Source: Octopus sinensis (Eukaryota). Taken from it: a DNA stretch of 64,000 nt. The notes beneath the pieces were generated by a model, which did no database searches, was not told where the DNA came from, and saw only the letters and a list, made by a program, of their open reading frames with translations. Of the stretch, positions 38,115-51,658 are shown in pieces (the first letter of the stretch is position 1; every line of letters starts with the position of its first letter). The position numbers and the translations under genes were made by a program. The DNA lies in NCBI RefSeq assembly GCF_006345805.1, contig NC_042999.1, forward strand, positions 111,476,001 to 111,540,000, in the 5' to 3' direction.

Positions 38115-38380
38115 AAGAGTGCTTCTGCGTGTATTTTCATCACATACATGATCCTTCTGCTCTGCCTCTCTGCCCGTTTCTCTCTTTCTCTCATCCCCTC
38201 TCTCTCTCTCCCGCAAGCATGCTCTTTTTCTCTCAACTCGAGCACTGGATATTTCAAATGTTGTGCATATAAACGTGTGCAACATTTAAGGTACCTGGAA
38301 GCCTGTTAGCTGCTGAGTAACATCAAGCCATTGGAGCTAAAACGTACAATTATTTAAGAAAATTACCTATACGCAAGCAT

Positions 38381-41300
38381 CAGTGGCGGATATACAGTAT
38401 TGGGGCCATGAAGCTTAAAATATTATGGGGGCTCCCTTCACAACCAGCAACAAAAGGGTAACATCCAACAAGGGTCAAAGAATTTTCTTGCCCTTGCAAG
38501 GAACTCCAGCTTCAGGCCCTGATAGACCAAATGATAGAATTGTGATGTGGCGACCTTGAAAATGAGTCTGAAAGTGAGCCCTCTATCCACCAGAAATGAG
38601 TTGTGGTTAATCACCAATATCTTTGTCGATGTGGTTGTTCCATGGTAGATCACTACAAATATTTTCCAGGCTGTCTTATACTGTTAGAGTTATGGGGGTT
38701 GAAAATTAGGTAAGCCTTATATACATGATTGAAGCATCATTAAGACACATGTGAAAATTACAAAATACTCTTTTTTGTGGGGTATTTTTGTAGCAACAAT
38801 TTTGTCATATGACAGCTTCTTTGCAATGTCATTTTCTAGAGATAATATGCATAAGGAATTTAATCGCTCTTCTGTCATGGTAAACTAAAATTTATTCTTA
38901 AAGAAAAGCTTTGAGAAACTCCTTTCTGCTTCACAGCTCGTCATGGGCATTGTCAAGTACAGCTTATGCGCAGTGGTAATATTAGGGGACACTTCAATTA
39001 ATTGTTGCTCATAAATAAGCTGAAGAAATTCTGTGCATTACATTTTAGATTGTGTGTTTTCTTCTGTGTTCTACGATTTCCTAAGGTGTAAATACTCTTT
39101 GAACTGATAACACTCATTTATTAATTTGTGGTCAATATCGTCTTTGTAATGCGACATTATAAGTTTGATACTGTTCTTATAAAATTCTGAATTGTTCATC
39201 AATTCTGAGAGAAACTTGAACCTTTTCGCAATCTGCTCCTATAAGTCCATCCTCTTGCTTAACTAGATTTTTAAGCAGTCATAAACTTGATTTAGAACTT
39301 CTATCCCCAATTTTTCAGTCCCTTTCAAAGACGCCTTATCATTTGTCCTATCTCCAAATTTCTTTGTAACAATGCGTTTGGGAACAGCAGAATAATTTGA
39401 GGTGATATATTTATACAAACCTTTTGCTACTGATTCATAATGTGCAATCCTGTCGGCTGAATTTTCTCGTAGTTCTTTAACAAATGAAGGCATTCTCTTC
39501 TATATATCATAGACCAGAACCAAGGATTTGGAGTTCCTTACTTGTTTTGTTAAAATGCTCCATAACTTCTTCCCAAACTAGTGTTAAAACAGCATATTCC
39601 AATTTTACCAACTTGTGGTTTAAATTCTTTTCTTCTCGTTTACATTCAGGCTTCTCTTCTGAGTCTTCAAACGTATGTTTAAGAGTTTGTAAAATATCCC
39701 TAAAACCCGAACTGCTTCATAGTGTGCAGACCATCTAGTTTCGCTTAAGCTCTTTAGAGAAAAGGCTGGATTCCAGGAGATTCAGAAAAGAAAACATACA
39801 GCTGCTTCAAGATGCCAAAATAGTCAACAATTTCAGGTACAATAGACACTGCCTTTTACCAAACAAGGTTGACTGAATATCTTGCACATGGTACATAGTC
39901 TGCATAACTGTTAATGTTTCTGAGAAGTGCTTGCAGCCTTTTCTCAGAGCCCTTCATGTTGGACGCTTTATCGTACGACTGACCATGGATATTTTCAAGT
40001 GAAAGCTTATGTTCCCCCAGAAATTGTTATTTTATCGAACAAGGTCGTGGATTAATGGTTTTCTATTGGAAAAAATGCTAAAAATCTCTCGCAGGACTCT
40101 CCATTATAACAGTATCGAACCACAATTACCAGCCGATTAACATGTGTCACGTCAGGTTTAGAGTCAACAATAATTGACTAGTATTTGGTGTCTTGGTTGT
40201 TGATCTCATTCACCACTTCATCTTTCACATGTTTTCCCATGATTTCTATCAATTCTTCATACACAGATTTTGATTAGTAAGTAATGTTTACTTTTTCATT
40301 TTTACATTTCTCTAAATGTTCATGTAAAAATGGGCCAAACTCCGAAAGAAGCTGAATAGCCCTCATGAAATTTCCATTGTTTGGGTAGCGCCACCTTTTC
40401 ACATGACCTCTAAATGCTAAGTATCTTTCACTTAAAAACTTTAGTACTGCTACAACTCTTTTTATTACTTCAAAATAGTACTGCATGTTTTTTTCTCAAC
40501 TGTTCCTCAAGTTGCTGATCCACGGGATTTTTATTTGATTTTCGTGTTAGCCAGCTCAACATCGCCATTATGTGTCCATGCTGTCTTCATAATTTTCTGG
40601 AGTTCTGAGTATATTCATCCAATTAGAAAACCCACCTGTTGTAAGTGGTATTTGGCATTTAGAAAAGAGTTTGCTTTGTGAATAAACTAACCAGGGTCTC
40701 ATCACAGGCTGACAATTTTTCAATCTACTTTTCAAAGCACTTGTTTGATAAACTTCGATTTTGCTGTTTTTAAATATTGTTGGATTCAGTATATACGTTA
40801 TCTGGTTTTTCATTTTGAAAAAAAGACTGATGTCTTTCATTAAACAGTTTTGTATCAAAACACTATCAATTGTTACTGGCCAGTATGCCAGGTTACTGTA
40901 TTCTTTGAAATCACTAAATTTGCTTCCTGTTTCTGCTCTCTCTTTTCTTGAAGTTCTTGAACACTGTGATCATCATCTGCACCTAAAGCGTCAACGGCAG
41001 ATTGATTATTGGTAAACATAGCGCTCATTGTTTATGCACTATCATTGTCTTCACTGGTTATAGTTTGATAGTTTTTGACATTTAGAAATTTCGTCAGATT
41101 GCTTTTCCTTGAGTTGGCGTTTCTGGTATCCGCTAAAGTACTTTCTTAAAGACATTGCTATTCCTCTTGGGGCCTAGACCTCTGTGAAAATAAAATTAGG
41201 ATAATATTTTCATTAGTCACAGCAAGACAGAGATAGATCCAGATAAGGGTCCACAACTTAATATATAGTCATAAATGAAGAATTGTGCATTTTGTACAAG

Positions 41301-41782
41301 ATGATATTCAAACAATTTTTAAAGTAGAAAAATGCTTTGTTACTGAACAGATTGTAAGTCCAAAATTAGGAGGCAAACCCTTTCATTGGCCACTAAGTAA
41401 TGGTGCAAAACTAAGAATTCTTATCTCTATAATGCTGATGTAGTAGTAAACATATTTGACAATGAGAGGGGCAGAGATGAAGTTGCCAAAATAATTCAAG
41501 TAGAGCGAATTATCTGCGAATCATTTGTACTTTTATTTTTTATGCTACTCCACACTGGCAGAAACATCAGGTGAACAACTCGTGGCTAGACACTGCGTGT
41601 CTAGATTCTGCGTAGGAGTATGATATGACGTCCACTACGACTGGTAACAGCAATCTGCAAGGCAAAATACAAAAATAGAAAAATGATAGAATGAAAGAAT
41701 CAAGTTGCTTCAGAGGGGCCCCTCCGGGACTTGGGGGCTCTGAGGCTTAAGCTTCATTAGTTTTGTGGTAGATCCGCCACTG
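38381..41782 (-). mobile_element. hAT DNA transposon, 3402 bp
   Basis: 15-bp TIRs CAGTGGCGGAT(A/C)TAC and a perfect 8-bp TSD GCAAGCAT at 38373-38380 and 41783-41790. Confidence 0.95.
38780..41155 (-). pseudogene. hAT transposase pseudogene (TTF-type Zn finger / DUF4371-like / dimerisation domain)
   Basis: MSLRKYFSGYQKRQLK start, RPWLVYS..GFSNW, FLSERYLAFRGH..NNGNF and LTMPMTSCEAERSFSKL...EERLNSL motifs, with many stops and frameshifts. Confidence 0.88.
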
Positions 41783-42948
41783 GCAAGCATAACTCAGTTT
41801 TTGGCAAAATACAAGATTCTTTACAATAGATTAGATTAAATGAATTTTATCATTTCACATCCTACGTCTTCTTAATATTTCACTATCGGTAACTTCCCAT
41901 AACAGGATGGTTGCTATGTTTCACTCATCATATTTGGAATAAACGTTGTAAGGTTCATATTAGTACCGTATTTTTTGTATCAATCACTCGACAAGTCATT
42001 TCCCTTTTTCTTGTTTCCTATCTGATGGCTGAGTAACAGCTCCTTTGGTGAAAAAGGTAATAATTTTAGAATGAACATGAACATCGAAACAGTTAAAATT
42101 CAGATAAATTAAATATTTTTAAGTATATTTACGCATAAGTTTTTATTTGTATTAACTGCACGGTACAACCTGAGGACAATTTATTTTATTAGTGAGTGTT
42201 ATTTATCAGTTGATTTAAGTCAAAGCGAACTTCTTGACAATTATATATAAATTATAGATGTGTTGGAAGAAGGAAATGAAATAGAAGAGCGAACTTAAAT
42301 ACCATTCTAATCAAACAAAACTTCAATGACACATTTACATTATATTCCATAGTAATAAATAATGACTAACTCGCTTATAACTTTGAATACATAACTAATG
42401 CAGACTTTTTCGGTTTTTAATGAAACACGGTGTGAGACGGAGAGTTTAAAGGTGAACAAAATGTACTGTCATCAGCAAGCAAGTAGGTGGTATGTGAAAT
42501 GATAGATAGAAGAGAATGCAATAGAGAAGGAGAAAAAAATGTTGGATATTCGAATTAATTGACTGTGATCATGGAGAGAAATATCAACCATGGCCGAAAA
42601 CTGGAGGCGACCTAGTCAGCTTGAATCTTGTTCAGTAGTCACGGAATTTGCTTTCAAATTTTTATATTCAGTCATATATCAAAGAGTTTTGTAGCGACCG
42701 AAACCAAGCACGAATCAGAAATACACCTTTGACAACTATGATTTCAAAAAGACAGCAAGAAAAAAAGAATGTACTACGAAGAAAAGAAGAGGAAAATGAT
42801 ACATCTTATATGTATCAACTTCCATAATTACTAAATCTGCTGTAAAAGCCATTATGTTAAGTTGATGATAGTTCTCGCTAATATGCCATGGTTTCATTAT
42901 GCAATACTCGCAGACTCCCCCCCAAAACGTATGTTACTCTCTGTCAAC

Positions 42949-42986
<38 letters not shown>

Positions 42987-43092
42987 AAGCGTATATGTAT
43001 ACGCATAAATATATATATAGAGAGACATATGTATGTATGTGTGTGTGCCTTTGTGCGCGCATATATATACGCATATATATATTATATATATA

Positions 43093-43159
<67 letters not shown>

Positions 43160-43758
43160 GTGTGTATGAGTGTCACTAGATCTCTTTTTCTTTCTGTTTC
43201 CCAATTGTGTCATTCCACCAGCATTCTCAGGATTCGGGAATAAATATTAATTATAAAATAATAGGGTAATTGTTCTTGAAGTACTCGAAATGTCGTCATT
43301 TGGAACAAACGAACGAACAAACGAACAAACGAACGAATAAATGTCCTTTTTCTTCATCCGAAATCAGTGTGTTACGTTTCTCAAGTGTTTGCGATAACAC
43401 ATTTCTGTTACTGGCAACTATTCATTTAAAAGCGAGTGAATGAAGCACTATTACGAGTTGTAAACGTATTAATACTAGCCTGTTATCTATATAAAGTATG
43501 TTATTGCTTATATTTATGTATAAAACAAAAACTGAAGACTTGCAGCATTTGAGAGAGTAGCTCTCATTTTCACACCTGTCTCTGTCTAAGAATATGTGTG
43601 TACACATAAATATATGTATGTATATGTATGTATATGCATGTATATATATATGGCGAGAGAGAGGAAGAGGGAGATACACACATACATACACGTATATATT
43701 TGTATACACACACACACATATATATATTTGTATACACACAGACACACACACACACACA

Positions 43759-43793
<35 letters not shown>

Positions 43794-44218
43794 ATAGATG
43801 AGATCAAGATACTCTCTGTATAGAATATACTTTGTAGTGCACAAAAGATTTAGACTTGAGCGGGTATAGAAGTAAATACAGGGATAAGCAAATTAGACAA
43901 ATCAATACGTATGGTATATTAAATACATGAACTTCAAAACATGTGTATATATGTATACATATATAAACATATATAGGTCCCACTGACAATGCAAATGAAA
44001 TAGATAACTATTCTGTGTAAGTCGGACCTTTTTATATGTACACATATATAAACATTTTTGTATTTCATGGATTTTATATAAATACTTTATATATTGATAT
44101 GGCTAATTTGCATATCGCTAAATTTACATAAGTGTACACATATATGCGGTTCAACGGTAGCTTAACTGACCAAAAGTTCGAAGTCACTATTAACAATATT
44201 CCTGTTTCAGGATAAACA

Positions 44219-44253
<35 letters not shown>

Positions 44254-44494
44254 CTATATATATTTAAGATTACCATCATTATTCAGTGAAGTTCCCTGTA
44301 CCTTCTGAAATATACACTGTATTCGTATTTGGATATTGTCTCTACCAGTGAACCATTCGCATCAGATCTGAGTCAGATCCTCAGCAGAAGAACTGAACAC
44401 TATTCGTGAACTGATGAAGGCTTGAGTGGAATATCCGGAAATTTTCTGCTTCGCGTTTCATCATTCCGAAAAAGAATTATTATTTAATCTACGT

Positions 44495-44605
44495 GTATGT
44501 ATGTGTGTATGTATGTATGTATGTATGTATGTATGTATGTATGTATGTATGTATGTATGTATGTATGTATGTATGTATGTATGTAGGTAGGTAGGTATGT
44601 ATGTA
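44495..44605. repeat. (GTAT)n microsatellite
   Basis: Directly visible. Confidence 0.95.
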
Positions 44606-45364
44606 TTGGGTCATCCATAAAGAATGCGGATTTTTTAATTGCTTGAACTATAAATCGGAGGGGGACGGGATAAACTAGCTGCATCAACTTGCTATAAAAA
44701 TAGTTAAGTTTACTTTGTGAAAAGTTTGAAGCATATGACTTCAATAAAACTGATTTGTCGTCATGTAGCGCAAAAACGTACATAGATAAGACTCACCCAT
44801 GCACTTTCATTTTTAAGATATAGAGTAAAATTTAAATGGGAGTTGGCTGCTAATTTTATCGTGTCTAGAACTAACATAGAAGTCCCAGTGCGAACACAGG
44901 TAAACTGAATTAGTTAAATTATGTGCCATGATGTGCTTAATAGAAAGGGAGAGAGAAACACAGAGAGGGGGCAAGTTGTTGTCTGGAGCTCAGGTTTTAG
45001 AAAAATATAAAAATGTTGAATTCTATACGGTTTCTAACACATTTACTGGTTACACACGCACACACACACACACATACATACACACATATGGATATGGATA
45101 TATATACATTTAAACGTGTGTGTCTATGAGAGATAGACATATTGTGAAAGTGAATGTATGATATGTATGCCTGTATACTACACATTCTTTCTAACACTGT
45201 ACTCTAACCAAAATGAGTTAATTTTACAGATATGGTATCAATTTCTAAAGCTATGTTTGTCGTTTTATCCTCTTACCTTGACTACAATGGTGGATGCTCC
45301 CTATATCTTCTTAATTATGAGATATGATTTCAATTTCACTCCATCATTTGTATTATTACCAAGT

Positions 45365-45531
45365 GGCAGGAGTGGCTGTGTGGTAAGTAGCTTGTTTACC
45401 AACCACATGGTTCTGGGTTCAGTCCTACTGCGTGGCACCTTGGGCAAGTGTCTTCTACTATAGCCTCGGGCCGATCAAAGCCTTGTGAGAGGATTTGGTA
45501 AACGGAAACTGAAAGAAGCCCGTCGTATATA

Positions 45532-45575
<44 letters not shown>

Positions 45576-45775
45576 TGTGTGTGTTTGTCCCCCTAGCATT
45601 GCTTGACAACCGATGCTGGTGTGTTTATGTCCCCGTTACTTAGCGGTTCGGCAAAAGAGACCGATAGAATAAGTACTGGGCTTACAAAAGAATAAGTACC
45701 GGGGTCGAGTTGCTCGATTAAAGGTGGTGCTCCAGCATGGCCGCAGTCTGAAACAAGTAAAAGAGTAAAAGAGAG
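45365..45775 (+). mobile_element. SINE family A, best-preserved copy
   Basis: TGGCTGTGTGG A box, GGTTCAGTCC B-box-like sequence, ACCTTGGGCAAGTG CORE-like box and AAAAGAGT tail repeats. Confidence 0.88.
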
Positions 45776-46899
45776 TTAAAACTTACGTTAAGTTTTGGAA
45801 TTGAATTAATGTGATTTAAATGTTGTAAGCATTCGTGTTAGGCTCCTAGTCTTGGAAGGTGTGCGTAAGGAACATGAAAGCTTGTTTCTTGCGTATGATT
45901 AAGCCATAAAATACAGAAGAAAAGATATTAAACCCTGAAACATAACAAAAGACCCACTGTGATTTTGACCTCACTATCCAGTGCTCCTTGTTTACTCGAC
46001 TGATCCATTTTTATCCGTATCCTTGCTCAAAGAACCCTTTGAGTGAATAGGCTAATATGAATAAGGAGCGACATTTTAAGATAAAAAAACAAGAATAACT
46101 CAATTCTCTATTTACTCATTTTCTATTAAAACCCTACGTTCAGAAAATTTATGATGTTGCACAGGAAATAAATTGATCTTGCCATTCAATACGGAAAAAC
46201 GTTTTGTTTAAGTTTTGTTAGTAATAAAATTGCCCCCCCCCCCCACACACACACACTCTAAAAAAAGACAACAAATAAACAGCAGCAGTTACTGCTAATA
46301 TAGCCATTGCCACAAGTGCTAAGATATGTATTACAACTAACCTCTGCCGAAATTATTAGTTTAGTAAGCTTTGCGTGAAGCTGAATGCGTACGCATTAGT
46401 ATGAGAAACAGAAAATAAATAAAAGACAGAGACGGAGAGGAAATAATAATGAGATTGAGATATAAACAGCAACAACTGTAGGGGAAGACACACATACATA
46501 CATACAACAAGAGTGTTTATGTGTGTATGTGCTATATATGACCTAAGGCAGATTATTTTTAACTTTCAGTACTTACATATGTTGAAGGTTTGTCAGGCAG
46601 CTGATCCTTGGGTAAACACCAAAATGATTAATCAGTTCGTATTTCTTACAAATATCATACACAGCACACACATAAAAGAAAAGAAAAAAGAACTAATTCT
46701 TTCTTACCGCTTTGTCTCCACCCATTGCTTTAACAATGTCTGTTTCACTACGTTCTCCTGTCTCGAGAAATCTACACTCTGGACTTAACACTACAATCCC
46801 AGCGCTAATCCTTCTTTATATTCCTTACACATCAATGATATACTGGCTAAAATCTATGTGATACTTCAAATAATTTTTGAGAAACTGGGATATATTTTA

Positions 46900-47195
46900 T
46901 CTCTAAACTCCCTACAAATAACGCGAAGGTGTTAAATTATCATTCATATTTAATCTCTCTTGCCAAAATCCCTCAGAAATCTACATGGAGTGAGGGACAG
47001 ATGTTTTCAAAAGCACATTTACCTTCTGCTCTCCAAAATCTCAGATGAACCCACATTACGTCATGAAACCCAAAAGAGGGTAGCAATATAACCACTACCC
47101 CATCTTCACCGAAAGCCAACCATAAGAGAGCGTCCATTGAAAAGGTAATGACACTAGTGGTGCCCAAGCATGGACACAACTTTTGATCTGAAGCG
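46900..47195 (+). mobile_element. Decayed LINE 3' end
   Basis: LRNLHGVRDRCFQKHIYLLLSKISDEPT (from 46972) resembles LINE RT C-termini and is followed by a tail motif shared with SINE A. Confidence 0.5.
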
Positions 47196-47610
47196 CATAA
47201 AACAATATAAGACTAAAAGAATATTTGTCTTCATTATGGATGTGATTCTAAAATATACGATTAAGTTTACCCTTAAATCTAGTTTTAGAAGATCTTTCAG
47301 CTGCATGGCTGTTAAGAAAAGTGCTCGTTCGTCCCGGTCGCCATCACTGTCGTTGTGTTTCGTTGATATTGTTGTTGTGGGCGGTGATGGTGACGGTGGC
47401 GGCGGTAGTTGTAGTAGTATTGTTGTTCTCTGTAGATACTGGATTTCTTGAGTGTATAAACAGACTGGCTGCTTGTATCTCTGAAATTGGTCAAATTGGT
47501 GTAGATACCACTAATGAGAACCAACTAAGGTACCAAAATCGATTAAGCTTGGTCGTTATTTTTTCTTTATTTCTTCTATCTACAGAGAAGTAGTTGAATT
47601 TACTCCGTTT

Positions 47611-47772
47611 AGGCGCAAGCATAGCTGTGTAGTAAGAAGCTTGCCTCCCAACCACATGGTTCCGGATTCAGTCCCACTCGTAGCAACTTGGGCAAGTGTC
47701 TACCACTATATCCTTGGGCTGATCAAAGCCTTGTGAGCAGATTTGGTAGACGAAAGCTGAAAGAAGCTCGTC

Positions 47773-47817
<45 letters not shown>

Positions 47818-48020
47818 TGCGCGCGTCTGTATCCATTTGTCTATATTTGTCCGCCCCATCACAACTTGACAAACGCTGTTGGTGTATTTAGGTCCTGGTA
47901 ACTTAGCGGTTTGGTAAAGAGACCGATAGAATAAGTACTAGGCTTAAAAAGTAAGTCCTGGGGTTGATTTGTTCGACTAAAATCCTTCACGGCGAGGTAA
48001 TCCTGAAGCAAATAAAAGAA
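47611..48020 (+). mobile_element. SINE family A
   Basis: Full-length similarity to the 45365 copy. Confidence 0.85.
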
Positions 48021-48047
48021 TTATATATATATGTACCTATGTATGAA

Positions 48048-49282
48048 CAGGGGTTGGACAAAATAATGGAAACACCTAGCATCATGGCATCATAATTTTG
48101 AAATATCTATAAAACCTCCAAAAGCTTGTTTATTTCTATGCTTCTTGATTTATTATTAGTGTTGCTTAATATGTTTTGCTAAAATTGCTGTTTCTTTTCA
48201 GATATCATCAGAAAAAGGTAATTGAAATTCATTAGAATGACAGATCTATCGTACTTTCAAAGAGGTCAAATTCTTGGTGCTCAGATTACAGGCGCTAGCG
48301 TAACGAAAACAGCCGCAATATTTGGTGTATTAAGAAGTACTGTCTCGAAAGTAATTACAGCCTTTGAAAAAGAGCGAAAAACTTCCTCGTCGGAACAAAA
48401 CTTCGGAAGAAAACCAAAGACTTCTGATAAGGACCGGCAGACTCTTACGCGAAAGTACTGCTCCCAAAATTAATACAGAGCTTCATGACTAACTTCGGGA
48501 ACACAGTTTTCACAAACACTGTTCGCTGGGAACTGCACAAAGCCGGATTTCACGGGAGGGCTGCAATCGGAAAATCACTACTTTTAAAAACAAATGTCGC
48601 AAAGCGTTTAGATTGAAGTAAAACTCTAGAGCAGTGGAAGAATGTTATTTTTTCTGACGAGTCATCCATTACCTTATGTCCGACCACCGGCCGAGTATGG
48701 AGACAGCCAAAAGAAGCATTTGACCCAGACTGCCTTCTTCCAACTGTTAAACATGGAGGAGGATCTGTGATGATCTAGTGGCGGCTGGCTATATCTTGGA
48801 AATCCGCCGGCCCAATGTTTTCCCTCCATGGCAGAATTAATAGTCAAGATTATTTAAGCATTTTATCTTATCAAATTCATCCTATAGCTGTGGAAATGTT
48901 TCCGAAGGGAAACGCAGTCTTTCAGGGCGATAATGCACCAATTTTCATAACTAAAGCTGTTACTGAATGGCACGAGGAACGTTCTAGTGAAGTCGAACAT
49001 CTTATCTGGCCACCACAGTTCCCAGATCTCAATATTATTGAACATTTATGATGCATTTTAGGAAAACAATGAAGTCGATATCCTCCACCATCATCACTAC
49101 AAAAACTGGAGACTGTTTTAGCTGAACAATAGACAAAAATTCCTTTGGAAACAATTCAAACTTTGTACGAGTCCAACCTCGTAGAATTCAAGCTGTAATT
49201 ACTGCCAAAGGTGGTCCTACCCCATATTAAAATACATTTGTTTGAAATTTTAAGTTGTTTCCATTATTTTGTCCGATCCCTG
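48048..49282 (+). mobile_element. Tc1-like DNA transposon (DD36E spacing), defective
   Basis: 27-bp TIRs CAGGG(G/A)T(T/C)GGACAAAATAATGGAAACA, TA on the right flank (AA on the left), 1235 bp. Confidence 0.93.
48237..49230 (+). pseudogene. Tc1 transposase pseudogene
   Basis: MTDLSYFQRGQILGA HTH, FSDES, TVKHGGGSVMI, QGDNAP...PDLNIIE (36 residues between D and E) and AKGGPTPY*. Frameshifted. Confidence 0.92.
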
Positions 49283-50794
49283 TATATATATATATATATA
49301 TATATATATCTTACCAGACACGGTATTTCACATTGTTCCTATGGTTTTGTGAAAGATTACATATGTTGCTTCTTGAAAATCGCAAAACATTCATGTCTAC
49401 ACGTACTAATTTTCTGGAAACCTTATAGCTGTAGGACAGAGTAATTTGGTCAGTTGTTCCAAATACCTTTGGTTGACATTTCCCTTTCTGAAAGAAAAAC
49501 TCAATTGGGTGCAAACTGTTTAGCTAAGACGTTGACGAATCGGGTAAACTGTTTAGCTTTGGCAGTGTAATTAATCGAGTATATAGGTGGCATGAAAAGT
49601 AGAAGTGACGGAGTTGTACGGCATGTAGAGTCAAATGCATGCCGGTCCCTTCATCTTTGTGCTTAACATAAGGAGAGAAACAAACATATATATTGTGTAA
49701 AAGGGTGATATTTGTCAAGCAACACAGCATACATTTGCTGGAGTGAAAGCAGCGAAAGCTTGGAAGAGGCACGAGAAGAGGAAAATAAAGACGAAGGAAG
49801 ATGGTGTGAAAATATGTGATTAAAACCGCAACAGAGAAGAAAATGAGGAAAAATGAAAGAAGAGTAAAAAGGTAATAAAAACACAGAAATACATCCATCC
49901 TATAATACATACATACATATAACAAGAGAGAAATCTAGAGAAAAGAAGGAATGTGTGTGAGATGTAGGGTTATAACGAGAAGAAAAAGAACCTTAAGAAC
50001 GAAGAAATCTATTACCGTCAAACCAAAATAAATTGAAATTATCAGAAGCGGCTTGTATAACAAGTTGTTTGTTGACTTAAGGAAATGTGATGGCGGGTAG
50101 CGATGGAAAATGGGGCGTATTCATTGTGAGGGTGCACCCGTTCTTTTCAGTTAACGAGGGTTATTACAGAGTCTATCCCCTGCCCTTCACCCTATCCTTA
50201 GCCTCATGGATATTCGCGTCATCTTAGTTCCCCTAAAATCCATTTCTATCATTGAAGATGAGAGCATAAGTTACTTCCAAGGCGGTTAATTACGTACACA
50301 AATGTTGGTTCTTTTCACTTCATTACATCTCTTTGTGGTGGTTTGATGATAGCTTGTCACTGGATGACGTCACAGGGTTAGGCGTTAACTAGTGAAAGAG
50401 TGAAACTACCTCTATATATCATATTAACCTATACTGAGCATACGAATGTAGAGGTTACGTAGCTGTAGTTGTACAACACTAGATCAAACTTGATCCAGTT
50501 AACAACTGACCGAAAACAATGTCATTTTGTAATGATTTTAAAAAGAGTAATCTCTGTCACAAAGGAGATTTAGCTAATATTTCTAATACGTAAAACGATC
50601 AGATACATGTTACTCTATTGGTACAAAGATTCAATGATAGTGTCAAGGCGATGTACAGAGAAAATTTCGTTTCTTTCCTGTCCCAATGTTAATGAAATTA
50701 ACGAATACGCTTCGGATTCCGAAACTATGAATGTATGTATGTTTATTGTGTATGTAAGCCTTTATAAATATGAATGCATTTACACAATTATACA

Positions 50795-51035
50795 TGGCGT
50801 GGATATGTGGTGAGATGTTTCTTTCCCAACATGTTTGTGGATTCAATCCCATGGCGTGGCAACTTCATCAATTGCCTTCTATCATAGTTTCGGGCCGACC
50901 AATGTCTTGCAAGCAGATTTGGCATACGGAAACTGATGGAAGCATGTCGTGACCACTAAGTTATGGGGAAATAAACTCACCAATATCGGTTGTCAAGCGA
51001 TGGTGGGGGATAAACACAAGTACAAAGACACACAC
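50795..51035. mobile_element. SINE family A with 5' half forward and 3' half inverted
   Basis: Head 50795-50950 on +. Tail segment 50951-51035 matches the family A tail on -. Confidence 0.6.
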
Positions 51036-51099
51036 ACACATAAAAATATATATTTCACTTTTATATTATACTATGGAAGACGGTAGGGAATATAATTTT

Positions 51100-51243
51100 T
51101 ACATTATTTACATTTGACGGATATTTGTCCTCATTTTGTTGGTTGTTAACACAACGTCTTGGCTGATATACCCTTAAGCCTTCATCAGGTGTCTTAGAGA
51201 AAGTTCAAACCTGGGCTCGCATTCCTAAGGTATTTTTCGATGC

Positions 51244-51297
<54 letters not shown>

Positions 51298-51658
51298 CAT
51301 TATTATTGAGGTCACTGCTTGGAATCGAACTCGGAATCTTGGGGTTAGTAGCCCGCGCTTTTAACCACTATGCTATATGTCCATGAGCAGAGTGTTTAAG
51401 AGCGCGGGTTACTAACCCCAAGATTCTGAGTTCGATTCCAAGCAGTGACCTCAATAATAATAATTATAATAATAATAACAATGATAATAATAATAATAAT
51501 AATAATAATGATAACATCAAAAAATACCTTAGGAATGAGAACCCAGGTTCGAAATTTCCCCCAAGACACCTGATGAAGGCTGGAGGGTACATCAGCCAAA
51601 ACGTTGTGTTAACAACATACAAGATGAGGACAAATATCTGTCAAATGTAAATAATGTA
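51100..51658. repeat. About 270-bp-arm fold-back of a tRNA-headed, hammerhead-bearing element
   Basis: Arms 51100-51373 and 51387-51658 with a 13-nt spacer. Each arm is a tRNA-like head, (AAT)n and an HHR segment. Confidence 0.9.
51565..51610 (+). ncRNA. Hammerhead motif, probably inactivated (G12 to A)
   Basis: GACAC CUGAUGA A GGCUG-loop-CAGCC AAA ACGU U GUGUU. The mirror copy at about 51148-51193 (-) also lacks G12. Confidence 0.6.

Noticed and set aside
44411-44450. CTGATGAAGGC...CCGGAAATTTT
   Set aside because: It resembles the 51570 motif but stem II is out of register and stem III is essentially absent. At most a decayed copy.
50365-50372. CRE palindrome TGACGTCA
   Set aside because: A single 8-mer is near chance expectation in 64 kb and has no promoter context.
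51308-51440. Genuine tRNA genes
   Set aside because: A and B boxes are present but the acceptor stem and cloverleaf are not complete, and the sequence is embedded in a repeat. It is a tRNA-derived head only.
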